Of a stretch of 6,876 nucleotides of DNA, positions 6,165 through 6,876 are shown piece by piece. The DNA is taken from positions 1 to 6,876 of the forward strand of contig NW_021829149.1 of NCBI RefSeq assembly GCF_006345805.1, written 5' to 3'. The stretch is from Octopus sinensis. Lineage: Eukaryota. A program made the position numbers and the translations under genes. The notes beneath the pieces were generated by a model. It was not told the DNA's origin. It worked only from the letters and a program-made list of their open reading frames with translations, and searched no databases. Each line of letters begins with the position of its first letter. Position 1 is the stretch's first letter.

Positions 6165-6592
6165 GGCGCAGGAGTGGCTGTGTGGTAAGTAGCTTGTTTA
6201 CCAACCACATGGTTCCGAGTTCAGTCCCACTGCGTGGCACCTGGGGCAAGTGTCTTCTACTATAGCCTTGGGCCGACCAAAGCCTTGTGAGTGGATTTGG
6301 TAGACGGAAACTGAAAGAAGCCGTCGTATATATGTGTGATATATATATATATATTATATATAATATATATATATGTATGTGTGTGTGTTTGGTGTCTGTG
6401 TTTGTCCCCCTAGCGTTGCCTTGACAACCGATGCTGGTGTGTTTATGTCCCCGTTACTTAGCGGTTCGGCAAAAGAGACCGATAGAGACTGGGCTTACAA
6501 AAGAATAAGTCCCGGGGTCGAGTTGCTCGATTAAAGGTGGTGCTCCAGCATGGCCGCAGTCAAATGACTGAAACAAGTAAAAGAGTAAAAGA
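6165..6592 (+). mobile_element. tRNA-derived CORE-like SINE (family A), full length
   Basis: Head GGCGCAGGAGTGGCTGTGTGGTAAG with box A at 6175-6185 and box B AGTTCAGTCCC at 6218-6228. It has CACCTGGGGCAAGTGTCTT, an internal (AT)n/(GT)n at ~6326-6390 and a short-repeat tail AAGTAAAAGAGTAAAAGA. Homologous to 531-901. Confidence 0.9.
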
Positions 6593-6640
6593 TAGAACTG
6601 GTATTTTCTGCAAACCGCACTGGCTCAGAAAACTTGGCAT

Positions 6641-6876
6641 ATCATCATCATCACCATCATCATCATCATTTTTTTAAGGTCCACCTTTCATGCTGATATG
6701 GGTTGGATGGGTTGAAAGGAGCTGGCCAGGCAGGAGCCTGCACCGTTCTTCTGTGTCCGTTTTGGCAGGGTTTTGATGGCTGGATGCCCTTCCTAACATG
6801 ACCCACCCAGCAGAGTGGAGTGAGTGGGTTTTTACGTTGCACAAGCAAAGATGAGGTCCGTTTTGGCAGGACTTCT
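6641..6876 (-). mobile_element. 3' part of an RTE-related non-autonomous retroposon/SINE with (TGA)n tail; continues past the right edge
   Basis: The minus strand reads ...GTTAGGAAGGGCATCCAGCC...AACCCATCCAACCCATATCAGCATGAAAGGTGGACCTTAAAAAAATGATGATGATG. The GGAAGGGCATCC motif and short tandem-repeat tail are features I recall from RTE-type elements. The (ATC)n on the plus strand spans 6641-6669. Confidence 0.65.

Noticed and set aside
6165-6240. Possible tRNA genes (also 830-901 and 4458-4530)
   Set aside because: Box A/B are present, but they continue into SINE bodies and I could not form a complete cloverleaf. They are tRNA-derived heads, not tRNAs.
5643-6848. ORFs 5643-5837 and 6666-6848
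   Set aside because: They lie wholly within a tandem repeat and a retroposon end, and have no reverse transcriptase or other recognisable motif.

Overview
Eukaryotic, AT-rich, repeat-dense DNA. The SINE families look like those I recall from Octopus genomes, so a cephalopod source is inferred from memory rather than from a search. The only coding sequence I can support is missing from the ORF track: a 57-nt first coding exon on the minus strand (3069->3013, MAEGVDIDLYDNLEEDFNQ, then a CAG|GTAGGG donor) matching the N-terminus of CPSF6/CFIm68. Positions 1-3012 are therefore its downstream intron. That intron holds a tRNA-derived SINE, microsatellites and an ~18-unit minisatellite rich in UGUA on the sense strand. 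Upstream of the ATG are an A-rich leader (8 AAUAAA, two short uORFs, a probable splice acceptor) and purine/pyrimidine-skewed tracts with a ~171-bp duplication. Further upstream are a second SINE family split by a TIR-bounded MITE, a ~150-bp x4 tandem repeat, another copy of the first SINE, and an RTE-like retroposon end. All ORFs in the supplied track appear spurious. The most interesting hypothesis, which is unproven, is that the CFIm68 gene carries CFIm-binding (UGUA) and PAS (AAUAAA) motifs in its own 5' region and may be autoregulated.
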